Source: an uncultured Clostridia bacterium (GTDB taxonomy: Bacteria > Bacillota > Clostridia > Christensenellales > CAG-138). From it: DNA of 64,000 nucleotides. The DNA lies in NCBI GenBank assembly GCA_937900325.1, contig CALCEX010000118.1:15903-79902 (forward strand). Direction: 5' to 3'. Below the pieces are notes generated by a model. It ran no database searches. It saw only the letters and a program-made list of their open reading frames with translations, and had not been told where the DNA came from. A program made the position numbers and the translations under genes. Of this stretch, positions 29,928-39,048 are shown in pieces. Every line of letters begins with the position of its first letter. Positions within the stretch are counted from its first letter, which is position 1.

Positions 29928-30011
29928 GTCATTTGTGCGGCAACGCGATAAAGCCCCGGTCCCGCAAAGGGGGAGGAGCGGGGGAGGGTACGGGGACGGG
30001 GGCGGAGGAAA

Positions 30012-30040
30012 GAAAAAAGTGGCCTTCGGCCACTTTTTCG
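30012..30040 (-). terminator. intrinsic terminator of the ybaK-like gene
   Basis: On the minus strand: GTGGCC-gaag-GGCCAC followed by T6. Confidence 0.8.
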
Positions 30041-30064
30041 ATTTAATATGATACGGTGCGTTTG

Positions 30065-30580
30065 CTATTCGGCTGTCTGCTCGCCGTCGCCTATATCCAG
30101 GAACTTTATCTCGTTGCCGCAGGCGCGGACGAACTTGATGAGGTCGTAACGGTGCAGCGCGACGGTCGCGTCGCTGGTAAGGGGATGGCAGCATACCATC
30201 TCGTCCCGGAGAATATCCTTGTCCACCACCAGAAGGGTCTTGTGCTCCTTGTCGTTCATCAGGGCAAGGGGGGTGACGGCGCCGGAGACTACGCCGAGGT
30301 TTTCCTCGAGCATTTCATCGGTGCAGAAGCTCAGGCGGGATACGCCCAGCTTGCGGCTCACCTCGGAGGTCTTGAATTTCTTATCTGCGCGGATGATTAT
30401 AATGAAGAAATTCGTCTCGGTATGGTCGCAGGCGTAGATGTTCTTGAAGTGCTTTGCGCCGACGTCGGCGCCTATGCCTTCGCAGTCCTCCATGGTCTTG
30501 GCCATGGGGTGCTCATAGTAGTAGTATTTAATGCCGAGCTCATCAAGCTTCTCAAGGGCTGGTTTTGCGGCTTCTCTCAT
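30065..30580 (-). CDS. YbaK/ProX-type aminoacyl-tRNA editing (deacylase) domain protein
   Basis: 171 aa. KHFKNIYACD...FIIIIRADKKF...LGVVSGAVTPLAL pattern, as in prolyl-tRNA-synthetase-associated domain proteins. Confidence 0.65.
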   Translation of the reverse strand: MREAAKPALEKLDELGIKYYYYEHPMAKTMEDCEGIGADVGAKHFKNIYACDHTETNFFIIIIRADKKFKTSEVSRKLGVSRLSFCTDEMLEENLGVVSGAVTPLALMNDKEHKTLLVVDKDILRDEMVCCHPLTSDATVALHRYDLIKFVRACGNEIKFLDIGDGEQTAE

Positions 30581-30630
30581 GATTCAATAGCTCCTCTCCA
30601 TGCAAAAAAGCTTAATATGGTCAAAACGAA

Positions 30631-30724
30631 TATCAGCTTTGACTATTTTACCACAGAGCGGCCGTCTTTGCAATCTGAAGCTGAGCTGTTTTTTGGGCTT
30701 GCGTGCTGCTGTCAACTGATGGTA
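30631..30724 (+). repeat. short (94-bp) degenerate copy of the 31766-32042 element
   Basis: 30695-30724 matches 32013-32042 at 26 of 30 nt. 30683-30698 resembles 31916-31932. The left end TATCAGCTTTGAC is a degenerate inverted copy of the right end. Confidence 0.65.
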
Positions 30725-30759
30725 TCCTTTTTTCATGCGCGAAGGAAGGGGGCTGCTTC

Positions 30760-31635
30760 ATGAAAAAGGGGATGCTTATAACCAACGGCTTCGTAGGCGA
30801 GGAAAGCTTCAAAAGCCTTTTCAGGGCCCTTATGGAGGCGGCAAAAAGGGAGAATATGGAAATAGAGCAGCGGGGCAACGACGGGCTGCTCTTCGACATA
30901 GCCTCGGGAAAGCCGCTTTTCGATATAGGCCGGTATTCCTTCGGCATATTCTGGGATAAGGACATAATGCTGGGGCGGATGCTGGAAAAATGCGGCCTGC
31001 GCCTTTTCAACAGCGCCGGCGCGGTCGCCCTCTGCGACGATAAGGCGCTGACCCATGCGGCGCTCTCGGGCAGGCTGCCCATGCCGAAAACGATCCCCGT
31101 GCCACAGACGTATAAATATGTAGGCTACGGCGAAATGGGCTTTTTGAAAAGGGCGGCGGAATATCTCGGGCTGCCGCTGATAATAAAGGAATGCCGCGGC
31201 TCCTTCGGCAAGCAGGTGTATCTTGCGCAAAGCGAGGAGCAGGCGGCGGAAATAATACGCTCCCATGAGGCCGCGCCCATGATCATGCAGCAGGCGGTGC
31301 GGGAAAGCTTCGGGCGGGACGTGCGCATATACGTCGTAGGCGGCGAGGTGATGGGCGCAATGCAGCGCAGCAACGACCGCGATTTCAGGGCCAACATAGC
31401 CAACGGCGGCAGCGCGGAGGCGTATGCGCCGGGGCGCGGGGAAAAGCGCCTTGCGCTGGAGGCGGTAAGGCTGCTGGGGCTGGACTTCGGCGGCGTGGAT
31501 ATACTGCACTCAAAGGACGGCCCGCTGCTTTGCGAGGTAAACTCAAACGCCCACTTTGCGGGCCTGGAAAAAAGCACCGGAGCGGATATTTCCGGCGCCA
31601 TTATGCGCTATATAAAGAGCGAGCTTGAAAAATAA
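30760..31635 (+). CDS. RimK-family ATP-grasp ligase
   Basis: ATP-grasp fold motifs (PLIIKECRGSFGKQVYL, DVRIYVVGGEV, DFRANIANGGSAE, GGVDIL...EVNSN). ATG 30760 follows GGAAGGGGG. Confidence 0.75.
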   Translation: MKKGMLITNGFVGEESFKSLFRALMEAAKRENMEIEQRGNDGLLFDIASGKPLFDIGRYSFGIFWDKDIMLGRMLEKCGLRLFNSAGAVALCDDKALTHAALSGRLPMPKTIPVPQTYKYVGYGEMGFLKRAAEYLGLPLIIKECRGSFGKQVYLAQSEEQAAEIIRSHEAAPMIMQQAVRESFGRDVRIYVVGGEVMGAMQRSNDRDFRANIANGGSAEAYAPGRGEKRLALEAVRLLGLDFGGVDILHSKDGPLLCEVNSNAHFAGLEKSTGADISGAIMRYIKSELEK

Positions 31636-31727
31636 GCCTTTCCCGCCGCGGAAAGGCGGGGCGGCCGGAGGGGCCGGCCAGGGTCAAAAAAAGTTCCGTT
31701 TCCGTTAAAAAAACGTAAAAACCGGGG

Positions 31728-31756
31728 TTGGCAAGGGGCAATTCGTATTTTATAAT
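31728..31756 (+). promoter_or_regulatory. near-consensus sigma-A promoter firing into the structured element
   Basis: TTGGCA (31728-31733), 17-nt spacer, TATAAT (31751-31756). Confidence 0.7.
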
Positions 31757-31765
31757 TAAAATATA

Positions 31766-32042
31766 TACCATTAGTTGACAAGGACACACAAGGTTTTAGG
31801 AGCCAGACAGCACGGCATAACCGCGTCGTCCTCGTTTGAAATACAACCAGTATTTCTGCACTCGTCCTCCTTGTTCTGCCATACTCTTTGGCTTCTAAAA
31901 CTCAAAGACCCTAAAGAGCTTGTTTTGAGGGCGATCCAAGGCCGAGGAGCGCAGTACTACTGGATGTAATACAAGCGACGAGAACGCAGGAGCGTCCCGA
32001 AACAAGCCTTTAGGGCTTGTGTGCTCTTGTCAACTAATGGTA
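31766..32042 (+). mobile_element. 277-bp TIR-bounded, TA-flanked non-coding element (MITE-like; alternatively a structured leader or small RNA)
   Basis: 27-nt terminal inverted repeats (25 of 27 complementary), each containing TTGACA. The interior is occupied by two long local helices. There is no credible ORF, and related copies exist at 30631-30724. Confidence 0.6.
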
Positions 32043-32103
32043 AAAAACCTCAATAAATCAAGAACGTTCCGCCTGATCGATTTTCATACTTTTCGGAGGA
32101 CAG

Positions 32104-32505
32104 ATGCAGGACAACAGGGAATATCACCGAACAGACATGGCCGCAGAAAAAGCGGAGAATACCGTCCATATTACGGAAGGCCGCGAGGCTATTGTTCACG
32201 ACCTGCCGGAAAGCCACAGGCTGAGCAAGACGCAGCATACCTTCCTGACGGTGCGCAACATCTTCGTGATAATAGCGGGAGGGCTGTTCGTGTTGTCCAT
32301 GCTGCACATAGAGCCCATATATCATTACTGGAACGTACTGAAATTCGTGGCGTATATACTGGGCGCGGGGGCATACGGCGCGGAGGTCGTGGTGCTGACG
32401 GACGGCTGGCGCAAAAACCCCGGCCTGAAGGAGATGCTCATGCCGTATATGTTCGGGGTTCTGTATGTGCTGCTGGGGTTCAACTACCTTCTGGGAAGCC
32501 ACTGA
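32104..32505 (+). CDS. small membrane protein (2-3 TM), unknown function
   Basis: GGAGGA RBS and hydrophobic segments (IFVIIAGGLFVLSML, FVAYILGAGAYGAEVVVL, MFGVLYVLLGFNYLL). Confidence 0.55.
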   Translation: MQDNREYHRTDMAAEKAENTVHITEGREAIVHDLPESHRLSKTQHTFLTVRNIFVIIAGGLFVLSMLHIEPIYHYWNVLKFVAYILGAGAYGAEVVVLTDGWRKNPGLKEMLMPYMFGVLYVLLGFNYLLGSH

Positions 32506-32522
32506 TAAGGCTGCGGAAAAAT

Positions 32523-32555
32523 AAAAAAAGGGACGGCAGGCCGCCGTCCTTTTTG
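32523..32555. terminator. bidirectional terminator
   Basis: A7-GGACGGC-aggcc-GCCGTCC-T5, between convergent genes. Confidence 0.85.
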
Positions 32556-32563
32556 ATTTCAAG

Positions 32564-32770
32564 TTATTTTTGCTTGCTTTCGAGGAACTGATTTATGGAA
32601 TCCACCAGCGCGTCGCAGTCTATGCCGTGAACGGCGCAGGCCTGCTCGAGGGTCTCGCCATGAGCCATTATGCAGCCCAGGCAGTGCATACCGGCCTCCA
32701 TGAGCAGATCGGCTATGGCAACGTCAACGTGCAGTATCTCTTCGATGGTCATATCCTTGTTTACAGACAT
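32564..32770 (-). CDS. DUF1858 (hybrid-cluster-protein-associated redox disulfide) domain protein
   Basis: 68 aa, MTIEEIL...MHCLGCIMAHGETLEQACAVHGID signature. AAAGGAGA RBS, with TGaTATAAT at 32811-32803 on the minus strand. Confidence 0.75.
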   Translation of the reverse strand: MSVNKDMTIEEILHVDVAIADLLMEAGMHCLGCIMAHGETLEQACAVHGIDCDALVDSINQFLESKQK

Positions 32771-32988
32771 ATTCGTTTCTCCTTTGTACGACGATTTACT
32801 ACATTATATCATGGGCGGAGGAAGAACAAAATATGCTTTTTGCGATAAACGAGGCAAAACGGCATGAAGCAAGAGCGCCATTTCCCTTTTTTCCGGAGCC
32901 GGAGCGTCCCATCACATTTTTTTATATACATTCAGGGCGGTTTGGGTGTAGAATATACATAATACTATGCAAGAGGCGTAAGGAGAAT

Positions 32989-34863
32989 ATGCGGGATAGG
33001 ATAAGCGACGCGGACCTTTACCTCTGGGGCGAAGGCACGAATTCATATGCATACCTCACTCTGGGCTGTCATAAGACCGAGCACAGGGGCTATGAAGCAT
33101 ACCGTTTTGCGGTATGGGCGCCAAACGCGGTGTCCGTAAGGGTAGTGGGCAGCTTTAACGGCTGGAACATAGAAGCGGATCCCATGCATCCCATAGGTGA
33201 AACGGGAGTATGGGAGGCCTTCATAGGCATCGCCCATCGGGGCGATACATACAAATATGCGATAGAGACCCGCATGGGTGAAATAATATACAAGGCCGAT
33301 CCATTTGCTTTCTATACCCAGAAGCGGCCCAACACGGCCTCCGTCATATGGGACCTTGAGGACGGCTATCTCTGGGGCGACGGGGATTATATGACGGCCC
33401 GCCGCAACGAGGACAGCCACGTCCTTCCTATGAACATATACGAGGCGCATCTGGGCTCATGGATAGAGGGGCTGGACTTTCCGGCCCTGTCCCGGCGGCT
33501 GGTGGGCTATGTAAAGGAGATGGGCTACACCCATATAGAGCTGCTGCCTGTATCCGAGTATCCGCTGGACGACAGCTGGGGCTATCAGGTCACGGGATAT
33601 TATTCCATAACCTCACGCTACGGCGACCCGTCGCAGTTCAAGGAATTTGTAGATCAGTGCCACCAGGCGGGGCTGGGCGTGATAGTGGACTGGGTACCCA
33701 CCCATTTTTGCAGGGACGAGCAGGGACTGAGGCTTTTCGACGGCACGCCGCTTTATGAGCATCCCGATCCGCGCAGGAGCGAGCAGCCCCAATGGGGGAC
33801 CACCCTCTTTAACTTTGAAAAAAACGAGGTAAGGAGCTTCCTCATATCCAACGCCGTGTTCCTCATGAAGGAATACCATATAGACGGGCTGAGGGCGGAC
33901 GCCGTGAGCTGCATGCTTTACCTGGACTACGGCAAGCAGGACGGGGAGTGGCTGCCCAACCGCTACGGCGGCCGGGAAAACATAGCGGCCATAGATTTCC
34001 TGCGCCAGCTTTCGGATACCGTCCGAAGGGAATGCCCCGGGGCGCTTCTGATAGCGGAGGAAAGCACGGCCTTCCCGGGCATGACCGCGCCCACCTCAAA
34101 GGGCGGCCTGGGCTTCGACTATAAATGGAACATGGGCTGGATGAACGACGTGCTGGACTATATGTCAATGGACAGCTACTTTCGGAGCTACCACCACGAC
34201 GAAGTGACCTTTTCCATGTGCTATGCCTTTTCAGAGCACTATATACTGCCCTTGTCACACGATGAGGTGGTGCACGGCAAAAAGTCCCTCATAGGCCGTA
34301 TGCCGGGAGAATATGCGGACAGGTTCAGCCAGATGAGGCTGCTCCTCATGTACCAGACGGCCCATCCCGGAAAGAAGCTGACCTTTATGGGCACGGAGAT
34401 CGCTCAGTTCATAGAGTGGAACTTCCGCCAATCGCTGGACTGGATGCTGCTGGATTACCCCACCCACGAGGCCATGCAGCGGTTCGTGAGGGAACTGAAC
34501 CACTTCTATACGCATACCCCGGCGCTGTATCAGCTGGACGACAGCTGGGAGGGCTTCGAATGGATATCCGTGGACGACAGGGAGCACAGCGTGCTGGCCT
34601 TCCTGAGAAGGGACGCGGAGGGCCGCAGGCTACTCTGCCTGTTCAACTTCACCCCCGTGGAGCATTATCCCTACCGGGTGCGGCTGCCCTTCATGGCAAC
34701 GCTGGACCAGGCCATATCAAACGTTGACCTGCGCGATATAAAGGGCGTTGAGACGGCGCGGCTCGAGGACGGCTACTATGCGGACATAATGCTTTCGCCA
34801 TACGAGGCGGTGTATTATTACGTAAACGAAGCGCAAACCGAAGCAGACCGGCAAACGCAATAA
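32989..34863 (+). CDS. glgB: 1,4-alpha-glucan branching enzyme
   Basis: GH13 branching-enzyme motifs (DWVPTHF, GLRADAV, IAEEST, LSHDEVVHGK). ATG 32989 follows AAGGAGA. Confidence 0.93.
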   Translation: MRDRISDADLYLWGEGTNSYAYLTLGCHKTEHRGYEAYRFAVWAPNAVSVRVVGSFNGWNIEADPMHPIGETGVWEAFIGIAHRGDTYKYAIETRMGEIIYKADPFAFYTQKRPNTASVIWDLEDGYLWGDGDYMTARRNEDSHVLPMNIYEAHLGSWIEGLDFPALSRRLVGYVKEMGYTHIELLPVSEYPLDDSWGYQVTGYYSITSRYGDPSQFKEFVDQCHQAGLGVIVDWVPTHFCRDEQGLRLFDGTPLYEHPDPRRSEQPQWGTTLFNFEKNEVRSFLISNAVFLMKEYHIDGLRADAVSCMLYLDYGKQDGEWLPNRYGGRENIAAIDFLRQLSDTVRRECPGALLIAEESTAFPGMTAPTSKGGLGFDYKWNMGWMNDVLDYMSMDSYFRSYHHDEVTFSMCYAFSEHYILPLSHDEVVHGKKSLIGRMPGEYADRFSQMRLLLMYQTAHPGKKLTFMGTEIAQFIEWNFRQSLDWMLLDYPTHEAMQRFVRELNHFYTHTPALYQLDDSWEGFEWISVDDREHSVLAFLRRDAEGRRLLCLFNFTPVEHYPYRVRLPFMATLDQAISNVDLRDIKGVETARLEDGYYADIMLSPYEAVYYYVNEAQTEADRQTQ

Positions 34864-34892
34864 TACTTTTCTTTACCCGATAAAAAAACATT

Positions 34893-34918
34893 TCCCGCCC
34901 CCTTTCGCCGGGGCGGGA
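34893..34918 (+). other. 9-bp GC hairpin between glgB and glgC, without a U-tract
   Basis: TCCCGCCCC-N8-GGGGCGGGA. Possibly a processing or stability element or a partial terminator. Confidence 0.3.
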
Positions 34919-34998
34919 CGCCATCATGGATCATATTAAAAAGCAAGCCTTTTCATTTACTTAGCACAATTTCCCATGAATGTACGAGGAGGTTCTAT

Positions 34999-36219
34999 AT
35001 GGTAAGAAAAAAGGTCGTCGCCATGCTTCTGGCAGGCGGGCAGGGAAGCAGGCTGAGCGTGCTGACCAACCGTATGGCCAAGCCCGCCGTGCCGTTCGGA
35101 GGTAAGTACAGGATAATAGACTTCCCCCTATCCAACTGCGTGAATTCCGGCATAGACACGGTGGGCGTGCTGACGCAGTATGAGCCTCTGGAGCTGAACG
35201 CCTACATAGGCACGGGCCAGGCCTGGGACCTTGACCGCAATTCCGGCGGCGTATTCGTGCTGCCGCCCTATCAGTCCAGCAACAGCGGAAGGTGGTATTC
35301 CGGCACGGCCAACGCCATATTCCAGAACATGGCGTTCATAGACAGGTACCATCCCGAGTATGTGCTCATACTCTCGGGCGACCATATATACAAGATGGAT
35401 TACGCCCTGATGCTGGATTACCATATAAGCAAGGGCGCCGACCTTACCGTGGCCGTCCGCACGGTGCCCATGGAGGAGGCTCACCGCTTCGGCATAATGA
35501 ACACGGACGGCGAGGGCCGCATAGTGGAATTCGAGGAAAAGCCAAAGCACCCGAAGAGCAATAAGGCTTCAATGGGCATATACATATTCTCATGGCCGGT
35601 GCTGAAAAAATACCTCATGCTGGACGAGCAGAACAGGGACTCCGAAAACGACTTCGGCAAGAACGTGATACCCGCCATACTGAACGACGGCCTTAAGGCA
35701 TACGCATACAGCTTCGACGCATACTGGAAGGACGTGGGCACGGTGCAGAGCCTGTGGGAGGCCAACATGGATCTCATATCGGACGAGCCGCCCATAGAGC
35801 TCAACGATCCCGATTGGAGGATATACAGCAAATCCCTGTGCATGCCGCCGCACTGCGTGGGAGAAAGGGCTACCATAAAGCGCTCCAGCATAACGGAGGG
35901 CTGCAACATATACGGCACGGTGGTACACAGCGTGATATTCGGCGGCGTGAATATAGAAGAGGGCGCGGAGGTTACGGATTCCGTGGTAATGCCGGGGGCC
36001 GTAATAAGGAGCGGCGCAAAGGTACGCCGGGCCATAATAGGCGAAAACTCCATAGTCGGCGAGGGCTCCTTCGTAGGGGCCGAGAGAAGGCCGGAGGACG
36101 GGGAATACAATACCTCCCTCACGGACGATATAACCCTTATAGCCAGCGATACCGAGATAGAATCGGGCAGGCGGGTCCCCGTGGGCATGATAGTCAACGC
36201 CACAAGGAAGGAGTGCTGA
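34999..36219 (+). CDS. glgC: glucose-1-phosphate adenylyltransferase
   Basis: [41 protein letters not shown], plus a C-terminal left-handed beta-helix. Confidence 0.93.
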   Translation: MVRKKVVAMLLAGGQGSRLSVLTNRMAKPAVPFGGKYRIIDFPLSNCVNSGIDTVGVLTQYEPLELNAYIGTGQAWDLDRNSGGVFVLPPYQSSNSGRWYSGTANAIFQNMAFIDRYHPEYVLILSGDHIYKMDYALMLDYHISKGADLTVAVRTVPMEEAHRFGIMNTDGEGRIVEFEEKPKHPKSNKASMGIYIFSWPVLKKYLMLDEQNRDSENDFGKNVIPAILNDGLKAYAYSFDAYWKDVGTVQSLWEANMDLISDEPPIELNDPDWRIYSKSLCMPPHCVGERATIKRSSITEGCNIYGTVVHSVIFGGVNIEEGAEVTDSVVMPGAVIRSGAKVRRAIIGENSIVGEGSFVGAERRPEDGEYNTSLTDDITLIASDTEIESGRRVPVGMIVNATRKEC

Positions 36220-36223
36220 TCTC

Positions 36224-37351
36224 ATGGGAAACAACGATGTGTTCGGCCTTATATATACCGGCGAGTCCAGTATGCAGCTGCGCGATCTGACCTATTCGAG
36301 GTCCGTCGCCGCGGTGCCCTTTGCGGGCAGATACCGCTGCATAGACTTCATAATGAGCGACCTTGTAAACACGGGCATTTCCAACGTGGGAATAATCGCC
36401 CAGAAGAATTATCACTCGCTGATGGACCATCTCGGCTCCGGCAAGGAATGGGAGCTGCACAGGAAGCGGGACGGGCTCTTCATACTGCCCCCCTTCGTTA
36501 CGAGGGACAATACCGGCATATACCGGGGAACCATAGACGCATTCCATTCCGTGATGGGCTACATACGGCGCAGCTCCCAGAAATACATAATAATCTCCGG
36601 CAGCCACACCGTGTTCAATACCACCTTCAACGAAATGATAGCCCAGCATATACGCACCGGAGCCGACATAACCTTCATGTACAATGAAGTCGGCATACAT
36701 CACCCGGACGACCAGTTCAACGAGCTGCGCTTCAACCTGGCGGAGGACGGCAGGGTAACAGGCATACAGCTCAACCCGAACCAGCCCGCGACCCCCCATT
36801 CCTCCTGCGATGTCGTTATGATGGAAAAGACGACGTTCGAATACCTCATAGAGGACGCATACAGCAGGGGAGATACCGATTTTCTAAGGGACGTGCTGCT
36901 GCGCAAGGTAGACGAGCTGAGGATGTACGGCTGGAGGTACGACGGCTATGTGGGCTGCATAAGCTCGCTGCCCGGCTACTTCAACCACAATATCAACGTA
37001 CTCAGGAGCGAGGTGAGGCGCGACCTGTTTAATCCCGAGCACCCTATATACACCAAGGTAAAGGACGAGGTGCCCGCCCGCTACAAGGGAGACTCCAGGG
37101 CCCGCAACTGCCTTGTTGCAGACGGCTGCGTGATAGAGGGAGAGGTGGAAAACTGCGTGCTGTTCCGCGGCGTGCATATAGGCAGGGGAGCAAAAGTAAA
37201 GAACTGCGTGGTGCTTCAGGCCTGCGATATACAGAAGGACTGCGAATTGTCGTATGTGATACTCGATAAGGGCTGTACCGTTCGCCAGGGGCGCCGCCTT
37301 GCGGGCTACGACAGCTTTCCCATAATAATCAGAAAGGGCAGTACGGTTTAA
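36224..37351 (+). CDS. glgD: glucose-1-phosphate adenylyltransferase subunit GlgD
   Basis: A GlgC paralog lacking the GGxGxR motif (LTYSRSVAAVPFAGRYRCIDFIMSDLVNTG). Its position after glgC is the Firmicute arrangement. Confidence 0.85.
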   Translation: MGNNDVFGLIYTGESSMQLRDLTYSRSVAAVPFAGRYRCIDFIMSDLVNTGISNVGIIAQKNYHSLMDHLGSGKEWELHRKRDGLFILPPFVTRDNTGIYRGTIDAFHSVMGYIRRSSQKYIIISGSHTVFNTTFNEMIAQHIRTGADITFMYNEVGIHHPDDQFNELRFNLAEDGRVTGIQLNPNQPATPHSSCDVVMMEKTTFEYLIEDAYSRGDTDFLRDVLLRKVDELRMYGWRYDGYVGCISSLPGYFNHNINVLRSEVRRDLFNPEHPIYTKVKDEVPARYKGDSRARNCLVADGCVIEGEVENCVLFRGVHIGRGAKVKNCVVLQACDIQKDCELSYVILDKGCTVRQGRRLAGYDSFPIIIRKGSTV

Positions 37352-38878
37352 ATGCCAAAGAAGATCAGCGCCGGCGTCAGGGCCGGGGAAGGTATAGCGG
37401 AAAAAAAGGCGGAAATAAAGGAGGCCGCAAAGCGGCCGCCGCGCAGGGTGCTGTTCCTTGCGTCGGAGTGCGTGCCCTTCGTAAAGACCGGGGGGCTGGC
37501 GGACGTTATAGGCGCGCTGCCAAAGGAGCTCAGAAGGCAGGGAGCGGACGTGAGGGTGATGATACCCCTGTATTCCGCCATAGACCATAGGTACCGGGAG
37601 CAGATGAGGCGCATATGCGAGTTTTATGTGCAGCTCGGCTGGCGCAGCCAGTATTGCGGCATACTTACAATGGAGTATCAGGGTGTGCCGGTGTACTTCA
37701 TAGACAACGAGTATTACTTCGGCAGGGGCTACATATACGGCCAGTGCAACAACGACGAGGGGGAGCGCTTCGCTTTCTTCTCCAAGGCCGCGCTGGAGGC
37801 CATGCCGCATATAGGCTTCTTCCCGGATGTGCTCCATGCCCACGACTGGCAGGCGGCGATGAGCATCGCCCTGCTGCGTATGCAGTACGGCAAAAGCCCG
37901 GATTACCGCCGCATACGCACGGTATATACCATACACAACCTGAAGTATCAGGGGGTATTCGGCTGGCCCTTCATGGATGGGCTGCTCTCAATAGGCGCCG
38001 AGCACTTTACGGGCGAGAGCCTTGAATACTATGGCGACGTGAACTTCACCAAGGGGGCGCTGGTGTATTCCGACATTATAACCACCGTCAGCCCTACCTA
38101 TGCCGGAGAGATACAGTCTCCCGAGTACGGCGAGACGCTGGACGGGGTGCTGCGCTGGCGCAGCCGGGACATATACGGCATAATGAACGGCATAGACGAG
38201 AGCCTTTTTGACCCCGCAACGGATAAGGCCATATATGCGAATTACTCCCTTGACGATATGAGCGGCAAGGCAAGGTGCAAGGAATCGCTGAGGACGGAGT
38301 TCTGGCTCGATAAGGACGCTTCGCCCATAATCGGCATGGTCACGCGCTTTACGGATCAGAAGGGCCTTGATCTGGTAGAATACGCCATATCCGCGCTGAT
38401 GGAAAAGGGAGTGCAGCTTGCCGTGCTCGGCAGCGGCGACGCGCGCTATGAGCACCTGTTTTCCTGGGCAAGCTGGCGTTACGGCGGCAGGATAGCCGCC
38501 CGTTACAGCCACGATACCACCCTGGCCAACCGCATATACGCGGGCGCGGATATGTTCCTCATGCCGTCAAGGTTCGAGCCGTGCGGATTGTCGCAGCTCA
38601 TAGCCCTTCGCTACGGCACGCTGCCCATAGTGAGAGAGACGGGGGGATTAAAGGACAGCATAATCCCATACAATAAGTTCACGGGAGAGGGGCTGGGCTT
38701 CACCTTCCGGCAGTATAACCACATAGATATGCTGGGCGCGGTGGACAGGGCCATAGAGGCCTACCGGCAGCCCAAGGTATGGGAGGGCCTTATGAGGAAC
38801 GCCATGAGCGCCCACTTCACATGGGAAAGGTCCGCAGGAAAATACATGGAGCTTTACGAGAGACTGAGCGAAAGGTAG
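37352..38878 (+). CDS. glgA: glycogen synthase (ADP-glucose type)
   Basis: LFLASECVPFVKTGGLADV motif and a C-terminal GT1 domain. TAAATG junction with glgD. It has an N-terminal extension of about 30 aa relative to typical GlgA. Confidence 0.92.
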   Translation: MPKKISAGVRAGEGIAEKKAEIKEAAKRPPRRVLFLASECVPFVKTGGLADVIGALPKELRRQGADVRVMIPLYSAIDHRYREQMRRICEFYVQLGWRSQYCGILTMEYQGVPVYFIDNEYYFGRGYIYGQCNNDEGERFAFFSKAALEAMPHIGFFPDVLHAHDWQAAMSIALLRMQYGKSPDYRRIRTVYTIHNLKYQGVFGWPFMDGLLSIGAEHFTGESLEYYGDVNFTKGALVYSDIITTVSPTYAGEIQSPEYGETLDGVLRWRSRDIYGIMNGIDESLFDPATDKAIYANYSLDDMSGKARCKESLRTEFWLDKDASPIIGMVTRFTDQKGLDLVEYAISALMEKGVQLAVLGSGDARYEHLFSWASWRYGGRIAARYSHDTTLANRIYAGADMFLMPSRFEPCGLSQLIALRYGTLPIVRETGGLKDSIIPYNKFTGEGLGFTFRQYNHIDMLGAVDRAIEAYRQPKVWEGLMRNAMSAHFTWERSAGKYMELYERLSER

Positions 38879-38910
38879 AAGGAGATAAAAGCCTCAAGGC
38901 CGCTTACTCA

Positions 38911-38933
38911 GGCCCCTTAAAAGGGGCCTTTTT
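38911..38933 (+). terminator. intrinsic terminator after glgA
   Basis: GGCCCC-ttaaaa-GGGGCC-T5. Confidence 0.8.
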
Positions 38934-39048
38934 GTGAGGAAATATTTTGCGGGGCGGCATATGGCGCATACAGGGCAAAAAAATGTGACAATGTTGCGAA
39001 GTGCGGTACTGTCGAAATATTTTATGCTAAAATCCTGATTATAACGTT

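Noticed and set aside
31793-31935. GTTTTAG / GTTTTGAG strings reminiscent of type II CRISPR repeat or tracrRNA anti-repeat
   Set aside because: There is no repeat-spacer periodicity and no cas genes in the window. The strings are simply arms of local helices inside the TIR-bounded element.
31766-32042. Retron msr-msd-like RNA (flanking inverted repeats, heavy structure)
   Set aside because: No reverse transcriptase or effector gene follows. The downstream gene is a 133-aa membrane protein, and a second truncated copy exists, which fits a repeat family better.
39005-39020. Perfect Spo0A box TGTCGAA upstream of the GH13 gene; weaker 0A-like boxes upstream of spoIIE
   Set aside because: A 7-mer with one degenerate position is expected dozens of times by chance in 64 kb. 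There is no clustering or positional support.
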